Shown: piece by piece, positions 1-12,055 of the stretch | How the letters are laid out: the number at the start of each line of letters is the position of its first letter | Numbering within the stretch: position 1 is the first letter of the stretch | Assembly: GCF_006345805.1 (NCBI RefSeq) | Contig: NC_042998.1 | Coordinates: 101,556,001 to 101,620,000, forward strand | From: Octopus sinensis | Lineage: Eukaryota | Direction of reading: 5' to 3' | Length of the DNA: 64,000 bases | Position numbers and translations under genes: made by a program | Notes under the pieces: model-generated | The model's database searches: none | Seen by the model: the letters and a program-made list of their open reading frames with translations, nothing else | Told to the model about the DNA's origin: nothing

Positions 1-328
1 GAACAAGAACAACAAGGGCAACAAGAAAGAACTCGCTGAATATTGTCACCAACTATACACTACAATTGAACAGTGAAATGACAGTCTAGCACGGGATAGC
101 TTTGATTTCAGATCTACTCGAACAAGACTGTCTTCAGCTTTTACAACACATATCTACATCACAAATTTACTGTTCTAATTCAAACCAAGCCAAAGTCAAC
201 AAACCTTGAGTGGCAATAAAAATAATATACGACAAGTTACGTTGGACGTATTTTTGCATTTATATATCTGTGTCTATCTAGTCACTATAAATCATTATTA
301 TTACAATGGTAATAATGTTATTACTGAA

Positions 329-985
329 GGCGGCGAGCTGGCAGAAACGTTAGCGCGCCGGGCAAAATGCTTAGCAGTATTTCGTCTGCCGTTACGTTCT
401 GAGTTCAAATTCCGCCGAGGTCGACTTTGCCTTTCATCCTTTAGGGGGTCGATTAAATAAGTACCAGTTACGCACTGGGGTCGATATAATCCACTTAATC
501 CGTTTGTCTGTCCTTGTTTGTCCCCTCTGTGTGCAGCCCCATATGGGCAGTAAAAAAATAAGAAACATTAGTACTCTGAGCAAAATGCTTAGCGGTATTT
601 CGTCTGCCGTTACGTTCTGAGTTAAAATTCCGCTGAGATCACCTTTGGCTTTCATTCATTCGGGGTCGATAAATTAGGTACCAGTTGCGTACTGGGGTCG
701 ATTTAATCGACTGGCCTCTCCCCCAAAACTGAGGGTCTTGTGCTTAAAGTAGAAAACATAAGGCGGTGAGCTGGCAGAAACTTTAGCACGCCGGGCGAAC
801 TGCTTAGCGGTATTTCGTCTGTGTTTACGTTCTGATTTCCAATTCCCCTGAGGTCGACTGTGCCTTTCATCCTTTGGGGGTCGATAAATTAGGTGCCAGT
901 TGCGTACTCGGGTCGATCTAATAGACTGGCCCCACTCCCTCCAAAATTTCGGGCCTTGTACCAAGAGTAGAAAGGAATAATGTTA
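329..985 (+). mobile_element. Chain of three head-to-tail tRNA-derived SINE copies (family A; the middle copy is 5'-truncated)
   Basis: Heads GGCGGCGAGCTGGCAGAAACGTTAG at 329 and 762 (A-box-like), B-box-like GAGTTCAAATTCC, and a conserved body GTCGACTTTGCCTTTCATCCTTT.GGGGTCGAT..AAGTACCAG that recurs more than 15 times in the window. Resembles octopus OK/OR-type SINEs; family name not verified. Confidence 0.85.
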
Positions 986-1499
986 TTACTGTAATATGTT
1001 TTAGTAAGCAAATATAACAACTCTTTATACTTTAGTGTTGATACTTTTCTATTTAATCTATGCGAATGATATTTATACATTTGTTTGTATAAAATGTGAA
1101 TTTACACTCTCCGCCCAGCCAACATTTTCAAACTCGTTATCTTAAATTATAGGTAGTGTTACTTATTTCCGTTGGTGAGTGATATCTTACCACTCTTTTT
1201 AAAATTGTATTTGCAAATAACATAAGCATCGTTTACTTTAGGTTTACGTCAGTGTGAATACGTATGATCTCCAATACCACCAATTTATCAGTGGGCAATA
1301 TTTGTATAAATATTCTCTCCAGAACGTTTTGGATGAATTAAACCAGATGATTTCCATTACTATTTCTATTTAAGATCTTCCATTATCACACCAATTGTAA
1401 AAATTCCTTTTTAGTCTCGATGGATTGTTAATTTAAAGTGTTTATTATTTGGCCAATATATATTCTCTTCTGGCTAATATATTATCAAAAAAAAGTGGA

Positions 1500-1730
1500 G
1501 AAATTATGAAGAAAAAAATACGATTTCGAAACTGAAGTATTCAGGATGCGGATCATTAAGGTGAAAACAATAGCAGTAATAACTGGAGCATTGGATATGG
1601 TAAAAAAAAAACGTACGAGTAAAAAACATAAAAGTTATATCTGAAAATACAACACAACACATTATCCCCAAAATAATCCTGCTAGAAACATCCACCGTCC
1701 TACACAATTCGTTAGTGCCACCCAAAATTA
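1500..1730 (+). pseudogene. Decayed C-terminus of an R4/Dong-type non-LTR retrotransposon ORF
   Basis: Manual translation gives KVKTIAVITGALDMVKK and IILLETSTVLHNSL, matching the IPVIVGALGMIKK and KIVLTGTSHVLRRAL end of the better copy at 6543-7281. Stops are present. Confidence 0.55.
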
Positions 1731-2174
1731 CTTTGGCAACATATTGTAAGTTTGTCATAATTTTTCTCGAACTATATTTTTTACATATTTCGCGCATGTT
1801 GATGCATGAAAAGAATACCTCGAAGTACTTAACGTTAAGAAGATTGTGCGTACATAATGCAGTGTGAGAATTGGTGTGTCAATGGAGCGGAAGCAATACG
1901 TTTTGCAGGTGAGTAACTATGAATAGAAATTGAAAGTTAAGTGGAGTTGCTAACATAAAATACGTTGTTTTAAAATCTGTGTTGAAATAGTATAAAACTT
2001 GATGGAGTGGAAAACAGAATGTCGTGCAATATTTAATCAACTTCCTCCATTTTTTGAGTAATTCTTGTGGGTGCCAGCTTTGCCTAAGATTGACAAAGTA
2101 CATAACTTTCAATACTACGGTCGAAATTTCAATAGTAGGGAAATGAGTGTTAGAAAGCAGAAAGTAACGACAAA

Positions 2175-2603
2175 CTGTCTTCAGATATTAGAAATATTAA
2201 AATTACTAAGTCTCTCTAAAGGAGATTACGGCAGCGTTACTGGATATTAATAGTTATCGCCATACTAATATGGCAGTCTATAAATATAAGACTAAATCTG
2301 TCGCTGATTAGCTCCAAGAGGCCACAGCCTCTAGCTAGCTATATGACACACGAACATTCGTCCATTACAACCTTCGAACAGGGGAGGTCAGCCGCTTCAC
2401 CTTGCTAGTCAGACATCTGCAGACATGTTTCAGGGTTGTTGCCCTTTATCAATGCAGCGTAGTCAGAACCAGCAGGTGTCGCTACTGACCGTCTATTCGA
2501 AGATTTTATTTACCTAGTTACAGTGGAATACACCCACTTGTTTTCAATAATAGAAATATTAAAATTACTAAGTCTCTCTACGGGAGATTACTGTCTTCAG
2601 ATA
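2175..2603 (-). mobile_element. Penelope-like element (pseudo-LTR) remnant with a mutated minimal hammerhead and permuted direct repeats
   Basis: A 41-bp direct repeat TAGAAATATTAAAATTACTAAGTCTCTCTA..GGAGATTAC lies at 2189-2229 and 2551-2591, with CTGTCTTCAGATA outside both copies. A hammerhead-like motif is on the minus strand at 2417-2457. Confidence 0.5.
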
Positions 2604-2892
2604 GTTAAATATATTCATGTTTTGATTTCGAATATCACCCGAAACAACATTGTTTCTCGTATTTCTTTTTTCCTTCGGAGTGGGTAACATAAGAACCCGT
2701 TGTATAATATATTTAAAATATCACATTCACTCAGGTTTAAGACGTCTCCCAAATATCTGAGCAAATTTGAAAAAACAGAAGAGAAATTATATTTGAATCG
2801 AAGGAATTAATTTCTTCCGTTTAAAGAAAAGGTGTTTTTTTAATCGAAGATACGTATTAAAAACATGAAAACCCAAGTGAAATGATTATTTT

Positions 2893-3166
2893 GATATCTT
2901 TTACTTGTTTCCGTCATTTAACTGCGATCATGCTGGGTACCGCCTTGAAATATTAGTCGAATATGTTGACCCCAGCACTTACTTTTTTGAAAACCTGGTA
3001 CGTACTCTATCGGTCACTTTTGCTAAATCACTAAGTTAGAAGGATGTAAACAAACTAATACCGGTTGTCAATCAGTGATAGGGGATAAACACAGACACAA
3101 AGACACCCACGCGCACACACACAAGCACACACGCACACATATACACACACGTACACACATACATAC

Positions 3167-3215
<49 letters not shown>

Positions 3216-3250
3216 ATATATATAAAGGACGGGCTTCTTTGGGTTTCCGT
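2893..3250 (-). mobile_element. SINE family B (3' half plus internal CA/TA microsatellite), 5'-truncated
   Basis: Matches the copies at 31493 and 32257: TTACTTGTTT.CGTCATTT.ACTGCG..CATGCTGG, an internal (CA)n(TA)n tract, then GACGGGCTTCTTT. Confidence 0.75.
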
Positions 3251-3254
3251 ATTG

Positions 3255-3790
3255 TTGGGAAATTTATGATGCCTGTTATCTTCGAAGCTTGAATTAGATC
3301 TTTCCTGATGCCTGCTTGGAATCTTCAAGTTCTTTTTCACTGCTATTTTCAAACATATCAAATTATTCAGAACTGATCTTAGTTTCTTCATAATTCCCTT
3401 TATATTCTATGCTAGTCTAATACCATGACTAGCACTAATACTTCTTGAAAGATTTGATGACAATTTTTACTTACACTTTGGCAACACTGTGTCTTTTGAT
3501 ACGGCAAATATTTGTACACTTATGCCGAGTTGTGACATTCATCTATGCATTCCATTTCTCATGTATAAAGTCTTTGAAGCGTTTGTTTAACGAAAATTCT
3601 GTAGGTCGTAATTGTCTGGTAAGTTCTTTAGGTATGACTGCCAATCTAGCTTTTCTCTGTGCTAAAGGTTCAGTTTTACTTGGTTTTGTACCTCCAGAAC
3701 TGAGTTGACAAAGCATATACCTGCAGCTCTGCAGGTACTCTTTAGATATCCATCTCTAATTTGTAACTGTTTATATTAGCAGACAGTTTC
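3255..3790 (-). pseudogene. Possible highly decayed non-LTR retrotransposon ORF remnant
   Basis: Purine-rich minus strand with short peptide patches (e.g. YEETKI) reminiscent of the region after the RT thumb. Many stops; weak. Confidence 0.3.
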
Positions 3791-3812
3791 TTTTACAATT
3801 TTATCAATAATA

Positions 3813-4325
3813 CTGGTTTCAAATTTTGGTACAGGGCCAGCAGTTTTGAGGAAGGAGTCAGTCGATTAAATTGACCCCCCATTACTCAACTGGTTCTTAT
3901 TTTATCGACCCCGAAAAGAAAAATAAAAGGTGAAATTGACTTCGGCAGAATTTGAACTCAGAACGTAAAGGCGGACGGAATGCCACTCAGCAATTTGTCC
4001 GGGTTATTAATGATTCTGCTGATAATATTGGTTTTAAATTTTGGCACAAAGCCAACAGCTTTGGAGGAGGGTGTAAGTGGATTACATCGACTGAAGTTCT
4101 CAACTGGTATTTATTTCATCAACCTTGAAATGATGAAAGCCAAAGTTGACCCCGGCAGCAGCTGAACTCATTAAATATATATATAGTAAACTAAAACATA
4201 TAATCTCATGCCGGGAACAGCGCATTTCTGTGAATGCGCTTTTCGTGTAGAAGTACAGTCTGGTGGATTTGAACTTAGAACGTAAAGTCGGACAAAATGC
4301 TTAAGATTCTGCCAGCTCGCCACCG
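3813..4325 (-). mobile_element. Cluster of three degenerate family A SINE pieces (3813-4020, 4030-4170, 4265-4325)
   Basis: Reverse complements of the family A B-box (GAATTTGAACTCAGAACG) and body (TTTATCGACCCCGAAA). Confidence 0.75.
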
Positions 4326-4831
4326 TAATCTTACTAACAATATTGCAATATGGACTATCTACTTTCTAAATAAATTTCACAAACATTTTCTAAGTAAAAT
4401 GTGTGCATTATATAATAGCAAACACGATGCATGACTCCTAGTGAATTCATTGAATCTCTTCCAATATATTTGTACTCTTTCATCAATGTAAAAGATTCAT
4501 ATTCCGATGAAAATGACATATGGCCAGTGATAATCCATCTAGTACATATAATCACTCATAGACATATCCATATGCGCACATACACACTTAAACACTGACA
4601 CAAAAAGAATCAGCAATAAGAATATTTACACTCGATTTTGTGAAACGTGTCTTCTTAACCTTTATGGTATTCTTTAGCGCTTGACTTTAAAATCAACAAA
4701 AGATTTAGTAAGTTAATTAAACAGACACTCATTAGACAATTGAGAACTTCCATACATATATTTAATGGGAATGTACACGACCAAATGCAACGTTTATATT
4801 TTCAGTGTCACGACATCGATAGCAATATCAA

Positions 4832-4910
4832 CATCATCATTATCGTCATCGTCATCATCATCATCATCATCACCGTCACCATCATCATCATCATCATCAT
4901 CATCATCATT

Positions 4911-4944
<34 letters not shown>

Positions 4945-4982
4945 ACAACAACAACAACAACAACAATAACAACAACAACATC
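4832..4982. repeat. (CAT)n-(CAA)n compound microsatellite
   Basis: Directly visible; it explains the poly-I/N/S/T ORFs at 4740-5024. Confidence 0.95.
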
Positions 4983-5054
4983 AAAAATAGAATGGAAGTG
5001 AGCCTAAGTATAAATCAACAATAGCTCAAAATCAAGGGAGAAAAGCAGAAACGA

Positions 5055-5065
5055 TGATGATGATG

Positions 5066-5138
<73 letters not shown>

Positions 5139-5154
5139 TAATAATAATAATAAT

Positions 5155-5203
<49 letters not shown>

Positions 5204-5225
5204 TAATAATAATAATAATAATAAT
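5055..5225. repeat. (GAT)n-(AAT)n microsatellite
   Basis: Directly visible. Confidence 0.95.
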
Positions 5226-5776
5226 ATGATGCAGTACCAGGCAGTGGCTCTCATGGCTTCTGATCTTAACTGATCGGAAGTGTTATCATGTACATTGTTT
5301 TGTCTTGGTATAAAAGATGGGCTACAGCAAATATTCTGCTCAATACCACAGATTTGCTTGTCAGTTGTTTGACCATAACCAGTTGAGCATGTCACTTAGT
5401 GGCTGACGATATGTGCATCTCTGATCATGGGCAGAAGTAGCGGGGGAGCATCATAGTCATGTGTTGAGAGGGATTCTTTGGGGTTTGAATAATTCACCTT
5501 TGGAAACATGGGTGTTTTGTTCAACATCCTTAAACAACCCTTATTCAGGGACCTTTTGAGCAGGATGGGCTACTCGACCTGAAAAAAATTCTAAGTAGGC
5601 CCCACCTGCAAGGTCATGTGCTGTTTATCTTGACATTAGATCACCATGTCGCACACATATGGTTGTGATGCATGTGCCTGGTGTACCCTTATCAGACAGG
5701 TAGTCATGATGGGTATACTGGGCTTTGTAAATTTTATCCCAGTGTCACTTTGATGGCATGCACTGCTCTCTCACTC
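5226..5776. mobile_element. ~550-bp non-coding interspersed repeat, copy 1, bounded by (AAT)n on both sides
   Basis: Collinear with 5827-6380 from GCAGTACCAGGCAGTG through GCACTGCTCTCTCACTC. No long ORF. Confidence 0.8.
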
Positions 5777-5826
<50 letters not shown>

Positions 5827-5827
<1 letters not shown>

Positions 5828-6380
5828 TGCCCTAATGCATACCAGGCAGTGATTCTCCTCTTAGCTTCTGATCTTAACTGATTGGAAGTCTTATGTACAT
5901 TGTTTTGTCTTGGTATAAAAGATGGGCTGCAGCAAATATTCTGGTCAATACCACATATTTGCTTGCCATTTGTTTCATATTAAACAGTTGAGCATGTCCC
6001 TTGGTGGCTGACGATATGTGCATCTCTGATCACGAGCAGAAGTAGTGCAGGAGATCATAGCCATATTTTGAGAGGAATTGTTTGGGGTTAGGATAATTCA
6101 TCTCTAAAAACGTGGGTGTTTCGTTCAACGTTTTTAAACAACCCTTATTCAGAGACCTTTTGAGCGGGATGGGCTACTTGACCTGAAGAAAATTCTAACT
6201 GGGTCCCACCTGCAAGGCCATATACTGTTTATCTTGATATGAGATCACCATGTTGCGCACATATGGTTGTGATGCATGTGCCTGGTGCATCCTTATCAAA
6301 AAGATAGTCATAGTAGATATAGTGGGCTTCGTATATTTTAACCCAGTGTCACTTTGATGACATGCACTGCTCTCTCACTC
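5827..6380. mobile_element. ~550-bp non-coding interspersed repeat, copy 2, bounded by (AAT)n
   Basis: Diverged (substitutions and small indels) but end-to-end copy of 5226-5776. Confidence 0.8.
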
Positions 6381-6387
6381 AATAATA

Positions 6388-6457
<70 letters not shown>

Positions 6458-6470
6458 CAACAATAATAAT

Positions 6471-6542
<72 letters not shown>
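6381..6542. repeat. (AAT)n microsatellite
   Basis: Directly visible. Confidence 0.95.
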
Positions 6543-6544
<2 letters not shown>

Positions 6545-7456
6545 TGATAGGTGGGAGGAGAAACCTCTGCACGGCAAATATGTGACCCGCAGCAAACAAG
6601 CTGATGTTGACCAGAAGCAAACCCATCAGTGGCTACGGAGCTCAGGGCTAAAAGCAGAGAGCGAAGGTTTCATCCTGGCTGCTCAAGATCAAAGCCTATT
6701 AACCCGGAACTACCAGGCCAATGTGATGAAAAATGGAGCAGACCCAAAATGCCGATTCTGCAACGTCATGATTGAAACAGTGGACCACCTAATCTCTGGA
6801 TGTAAAGTCTTAGCACCAGTGGAGTATAAATTAAGACATGACAGAGTTGGCCAATAAAACTGCCGACAAGTGGTATAATCACCACCCTGAGGCTATAACT
6901 GAAGGAGAAAATGTAACGATTCTGTGGGACTTTCCAGTACATACAGACCGAACCATCAAGGCCAATAAACCAGATATTGTTGTGAAAGACCAAAACAATA
7001 AAGTTTGCTTATTGATCGACATGAGCATCCCCTGTGATTATAATATCTCAGCAAAAGAGTTTGACAAGCTCAGAAAATATAAAGACCTACTCATTGAAAT
7101 TGAGAAAATGTGGCATCTCAAGGCGGTTACAATACCAGTGATCGTAGGAGCACTAGGAATGATCAAGAAGGGAACCGAAAATTATATGAGAATGATCCCT
7201 GGCTTACCATCCCTGCAAGAAGTGCAAAAGATTGTCTTAACTGGTACATCACACGTATTGAGAAGAGCATTGTCGATGTGAGAACTGTTGCTGCTCATGT
7301 ATTTTAATTTAACTTTAAAAAAAAAAAAAAAAAAAAATGAACGAACTACTGAGTTTGGTTTAATGGCCTACCAATGTATACTATGAGTTTCTTTGCCCTA
7401 GGAGTCGGGAAGACACTCGGCAAGAAATGGAAGCAAATTTGAAAGAAGAAAAAAAA
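6543..7456 (+). mobile_element. 5'-truncated R4/Dong-clade non-LTR retrotransposon (CCHC zinc knuckle plus restriction-like endonuclease and 3' UTR) inserted in (TAA)n
   Basis: ORF-track peptides: WEEKPLHGKY, AAQDQSLLTRNY, CRFCNVMIETVDHLISGC (CCHC), RHDRVG, ILWDF, NKPDIVV..LLIDMSIP..EFDKLRKYKDL (PD-(D/E)xK-type), IPVIVGALG, VLRRALSM* at 7281. The frameshift near 6855 reflects a short deletion (the YWTICRHYNI segment is kept in the next copy). Flanked by (TAA)n on both sides. Confidence 0.88.
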
Positions 7457-7462
7457 GTAATA

Positions 7463-7520
<58 letters not shown>

Positions 7521-7734
7521 GTATTATTATTATTATAGTAAAAAAGGGGAAGCCTTCTGGATGTAGTAAAGCAACAGGAGAAAAAGAAAACGCTTTTCTC
7601 TATACACATGATAGCGACAGAATACAAAACAGAAGCAAACTACACTGACCTCAGATGACAGCACAGCAGAAATGGCCAGAGAAATAGGAAAATTGTATTA
7701 CAAAAGATACTGAAGAAGAAAAAGAGAGAAAAAT

Positions 7735-8425
7735 CACTTCATGGCCAATATGCTGCAAGGCTTGACTGAGAGGAAATGAGCCTAAGTAAGAGCCAACGAT
7801 GTCTCAAAAGCCGAAATGGAAGCACTGATCCTCGTTGCAGAAGACCCATGCTTCACTACAAACAATTATGAAAGCAGGTCTCAACACCAAATGTAGAATG
7901 TGCAAAAGGCACAATTATACAGTTGATCACATTATCTCGGGCTGCCCAGTCTTGCCAAGTTTGAATACGTATACAGACAAGAACAAGACAAAGTAAGCAG
8001 TTGTATCTACTGGACAATATGCCGACATTACAACATCAAAACTGAAACGTGAGCCAAGCAATGTACAGGACAACAATCAGGCTACACTCATCTGCGATAT
8101 GCTGGTTCAAACCAACAAAGAAATAAAAGCTAATCGCTCAGACATAACAGTTAAGGATTGGAAAAGAAACACCTGCTTACTGATTGACATTGCAGTCCCT
8201 TGTGATCAAAATATTGTCAAAAAAGAAGTTGAGAAATTGTCGAAGTACAAAGACCTCTAAACTGAAGTATTCAAAGTGTGGGGCATGAAGGTAAAACAAT
8301 ACGAATAATAATTGGAGCATTGGGCATGACAAAAAAATCACATGAACAAAAATGTAGAAGCTATACTTGGATCCTCAAAAATAGCCCTGCTAGGAACAGC
8401 CCACATCCTACGCGAGACATTATGA
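7735..8425 (+). pseudogene. Second, more decayed R4/Dong-type 3' ORF fragment
   Basis: Manual translation: KSLHGQY, KCRMCKRHNYTVDHIISGCPVL, IYWTICRHYNIKT, ANRSDITVKD..TCLLIDIAVPCD..EKLSKYKDL, IIGALG, KIALLGTAHILRETL*. Confidence 0.8.
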
Positions 8426-8739
8426 ATACAACAATACAACCTAAAAAAACAACCCACAAATACAAGACATTCTATAAAGCAGTTAGCCAATGAAACAAAC
8501 TCCCACCGGCAAACTGAAAAAACCCCAAGCATTACACATTCAACACACAATACAAGCAGTAAAACAACAAAAGACAGTAACGCATCTCAAGGGAAAAAAG
8601 CTAACACAATACAATACCAGGAAGACTTCTCACACTCCCAATACACACTTCAGCAACACGGAGGTGTAGCAGTTGATGCAGTAGAAATTTGCCACAGTCT
8701 ACCAAATATCGAAGAGTTATATAATAAAAAAAAATAGTG

Positions 8740-8815
8740 ATAATGATAAGCATTAATATTATTGCTGCTGTTGCTATTATTATTATTATTATTATTATTA
8801 TAATTATTATTATTA

Positions 8816-8876
<61 letters not shown>

Positions 8877-8897
8877 CATTATTATTATTATTATCAC

Positions 8898-8931
<34 letters not shown>

Positions 8932-8976
8932 ACATTAATAAAAACAACAACAACGACGATGATGATGATGACGATG

Positions 8977-9055
<79 letters not shown>

Positions 9056-9095
9056 CGACAACAATAATAATAAAAATAATAATGATAATAATAAT
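8740..9095. repeat. (ATT)n tract followed by an (AAT)n tract (inverted trinucleotide arrays)
   Basis: (ATT)n at about 8775-8930, then (AAT)n at about 8975-9095. Confidence 0.9.
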
Positions 9096-9159
9096 GAAGT
9101 GAATGCAGAGGCATGATCTCGGTAAAAGTGCGTATTGGGATGTTCGGTGATTGTGAAAA

Positions 9160-9600
9160 TTCAAAGTGAGAGGAAATTGGCATGAACACGAGCCAGAAGC
9201 TGTGATAGTGACTGATAATTAGAGGATTTTATGGGATTCCATTAAGACTGACCACACAATTGAAGCAAGGTGAAGCAAAGAGACTAAATATGATTGAAGA
9301 GGACAAAAAATTAAACAAAACAAAACATACAGTCTAGGATTAAACAGTGATTGCTGTACAGAATAATAATAGAGTGGAGACTAGCGAAATTGAGAAAACC
9401 GAGAAATATTAGGAACACAGCCAGCCAGATTGATTTATATAAACATGATTGTGTTACACAAAATTGATGTGTCCCTGTGGCAATTGATGCACATGACACA
9501 ATACCTAAAATGCTATCTAAGAAGCTGAAAGATCTTTCAATTGGGACACGCATTGTCCACCTCCAGAAATGTGTCATCCGGTATTCTGTAAGAATCCCAA
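9160..9600 (+). pseudogene. Third decayed R4/Dong-type endonuclease-region fragment
   Basis: ENWHEHEPEAVI, ILWDSIKTDHTIEAR, VPVAIDAHDTIPKMLSKKLKDL..LQKCVI; lies downstream of (AAT)n. Confidence 0.65.
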
Positions 9601-10269
9601 CAAGTTTCTTGATAACTGGAAGCGACTTGTCAACTAACATGAAGGAAGCAACCTTGCTAAGTAAAGTAGAATTAATAGCTTATTGGTGATGATGATGATG
9701 ATAATGATGATGATGATCATCATCATACAATTAATAGAAACACCAACAACAGCAACAGTAATACAATATTTTTTGCCATATAGCAAGTGAATGAGGGGGA
9801 CATTACAGGACGAGTTGTAAAAAGTGTTAATGATTTATTTTGAAACTGAACAAATAGAGTAATAGAAATTAAAATTGCACATACAAGTAGTTTCCTTTCA
9901 ATAATGTCTATAATATACCCTTTTGGGGATTTAAGGACAATGAAGGGTTTCCGCAAAAATAGTTTGATTGTAACTACCAAGATAAAGGGAATTTGTCGCA
10001 ACTTAAATTCTATGCACTACAGATGCCTAATATGAATCAATACATTCTGTCTAACCAGAAACACCGGTAATAGAGGAAGATATTTCATTCTCCACCATCT
10101 CTGTCCATTGAAAGTGGAATTTGGAAAGGCGATGGGGGATTGGAATTTCCAATCCTCCTAGTTCTATTTACCACAGAGTTTTGGTAAAGTCATAGGAAAC
10201 CGTCTCCCTATTCTGACCAAAGAAAGCTGGGAGGGGATTTTAATGATGAACTTAGAAAATATTCATAGA

Positions 10270-10340
10270 AATATTCGTCCTATACAGGTCAATATTCGTC
10301 CTATACATGGTAATATTTCGTCCTATACAGGGCAATATCT
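10270..10340. repeat. 21-bp minisatellite, about 3 copies
   Basis: AATATTCGTCCTATACA at 10270, 10291 and 10312. Confidence 0.85.
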
Positions 10341-10429
10341 ATTTGACATAAATCCAGAAGTCATCAATGCCAGGATTGTGAACAATACGTGCGAAACAGC
10401 ATTGTTACTTTACGTACAACTTTGACCTG

Positions 10430-11597
10430 CAAAGTAATAACCTCTTGCATCTCTGCCTGGCTAAGGATTTGCCTAAACGCAGCAAACGTTCAGTATGATC
10501 AGTTAAGAACTGGAACATGTTACACTGACTAAATCAATAGCACCGCATGGAAAAGTCTTTTAATTTATTATTTCAGGGCACCATGGACCACTTAAGCAGA
10601 ATGTTGCTGTTAGTTGAGACGTATCTAGGTGTAGGTGGTTTATCCGGTATTTCCTGGAGGAATCTGTCCAGGTACCGTTTGAAAGTTTTGGGGACATTCT
10701 CTACCTTAATTTATTTCAGGATAACTTTGAAAAGAGCAGGATCATTTGCAATGAAGACATTGTGTCGCAATGTCCTTATGTGATGTAAACTTCACCGTTG
10801 TAGAGGAGGCATTGCACGGAGGCGTGGGTTGCTAGTCTTGAGAGAGTTGTAAACATAATACCGATATCATTTGGATAATATTGTTGGAATATTTTCCACA
10901 TGGTGCAAATATCGTATCGCTCACGGCGGCGTTGCAGAGAATAGAATTTTAACTGTTTAAGTCAAGCCCAATAATCAAGTCCCGTCATGCCATTTATTTT
11001 TTTAGTGATTGGTCTTTGTGGCGCTTCGATCCTCATTATGTTTTTCTTTTGTAGGGAGACCAAAATGGGCAGCAGTATTCGAGGTGAGACCTAGCGAATG
11101 TAGTTAGAAGGATGATAGTTTCATGATCCCTAGATTGAAAAGTTCTGATGATCCATGAGCACATTCTGCGGGCAACATCGACTTTTTTGTGGATGTGCAC
11201 ATTCAGGTAAGGTTGAGAGTTACACCTTAGTCTCTGGTATTATCTGACACTCCGATTACGTCTCCAGACGGTAGTGTATATAGTTGTCTGAGTATGCCCT
11301 CTTCCAAACTGGATGAGCTCAAACTTTTCTTCGTTCAGCTTCATATTGTATTTGTATTTTTTGAGCCCACTGCGCATAGGTCTGTTTGAAGCATCGTTCG
11401 AGCAGAAGCTCCCTTAATGACTTTCTGACGCTTAAAGCCATCTGTAAATACTTTAATGGTGCTATGTTCAAATGAATCTGCAATGTCATTGATATAGACA
11501 ATAAAAAGAAGTGAACCCAGCGCAGTACCCTGCGGGATTACGCTGATGACTTTTGTTGGTCTTGAGTGGATGCCATCAGTCACAACATGCTGGGTCC
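10430..11597 (-). mobile_element. CR1/L2-type LINE 3' fragment (RT core to C-terminus), decayed
   Basis: [47 protein letters not shown] (PQG and F/YADD region); RSHLEYCCPFWSPY; SLQRRRERY; FKRYLDRFLQEIPDKP. Cut at its 5' side by the (TA)n tract at 11598. Confidence 0.88.
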
Positions 11598-11639
<42 letters not shown>

Positions 11640-11725
11640 TATATATACATACATACATACATATATATATATACATATATATATATATACACAATATATA
11701 TACGTATATATATATATATAAATAT
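11598..11725. repeat. (TA)n/(CATA)n microsatellite, left flank of the hammerhead array
   Basis: Directly visible. Confidence 0.95.
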
Positions 11726-11948
11726 ATTAATCAATATAGGGTGGCAAAAAATTTTGTAGAATTTTTTTGCCACCAGCGGCCTAGTGGGAAAAAATTAAAT
11801 AGTCATAGACCATTTTTAAGTTCAACATCACAATCAAGGAACGGCCATAATAGGCCATTCACCCACTAGAAATAACAGCCAAAGCTTCAACCGCAAATAA
11901 ACATCAATTCCGTAAACCAGGAGAAAATTAAAAAACATTTACCCTGTA

Positions 11949-12055
11949 ATTTCTTATACGATGCACCGTTTCATCTACTGTTTAATGGTAAACTAACCTG
12001 ATTAAATTAAATCAAGCCAATCTTCCATAGGCCCTTAGATTCATCAGTAAGAAAT
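11949..12055 (-). ncRNA. Type I hammerhead ribozyme motif (unit L1)
   Basis: Minus strand reads AUUUCUUA-CUGAUGA-AUCUA..58 nt..UAGAU-GAAA-CGGUGCAUCG-UA-UAAGAAAU. Confidence 0.85.

Noticed and set aside
5400-5530. CTGACGA ... GAAAC in the 550-bp element as a hammerhead
   Set aside because: Stem I would be almost all G-U pairs, there is no clear stem II, and the second copy lacks the GAAA.
4740-9164. Long ORFs rich in poly-I/N/L/Y (and the YI, CV, HT and LSIY ORFs throughout the window)
   Set aside because: They are stop-free translations of tri-, di- and tetranucleotide microsatellites, not genes.
10270-10340. Short 21-bp repeats as a CRISPR-like array
   Set aside because: Three near-adjacent copies with about 4-nt variable linkers in eukaryotic DNA; an ordinary minisatellite.
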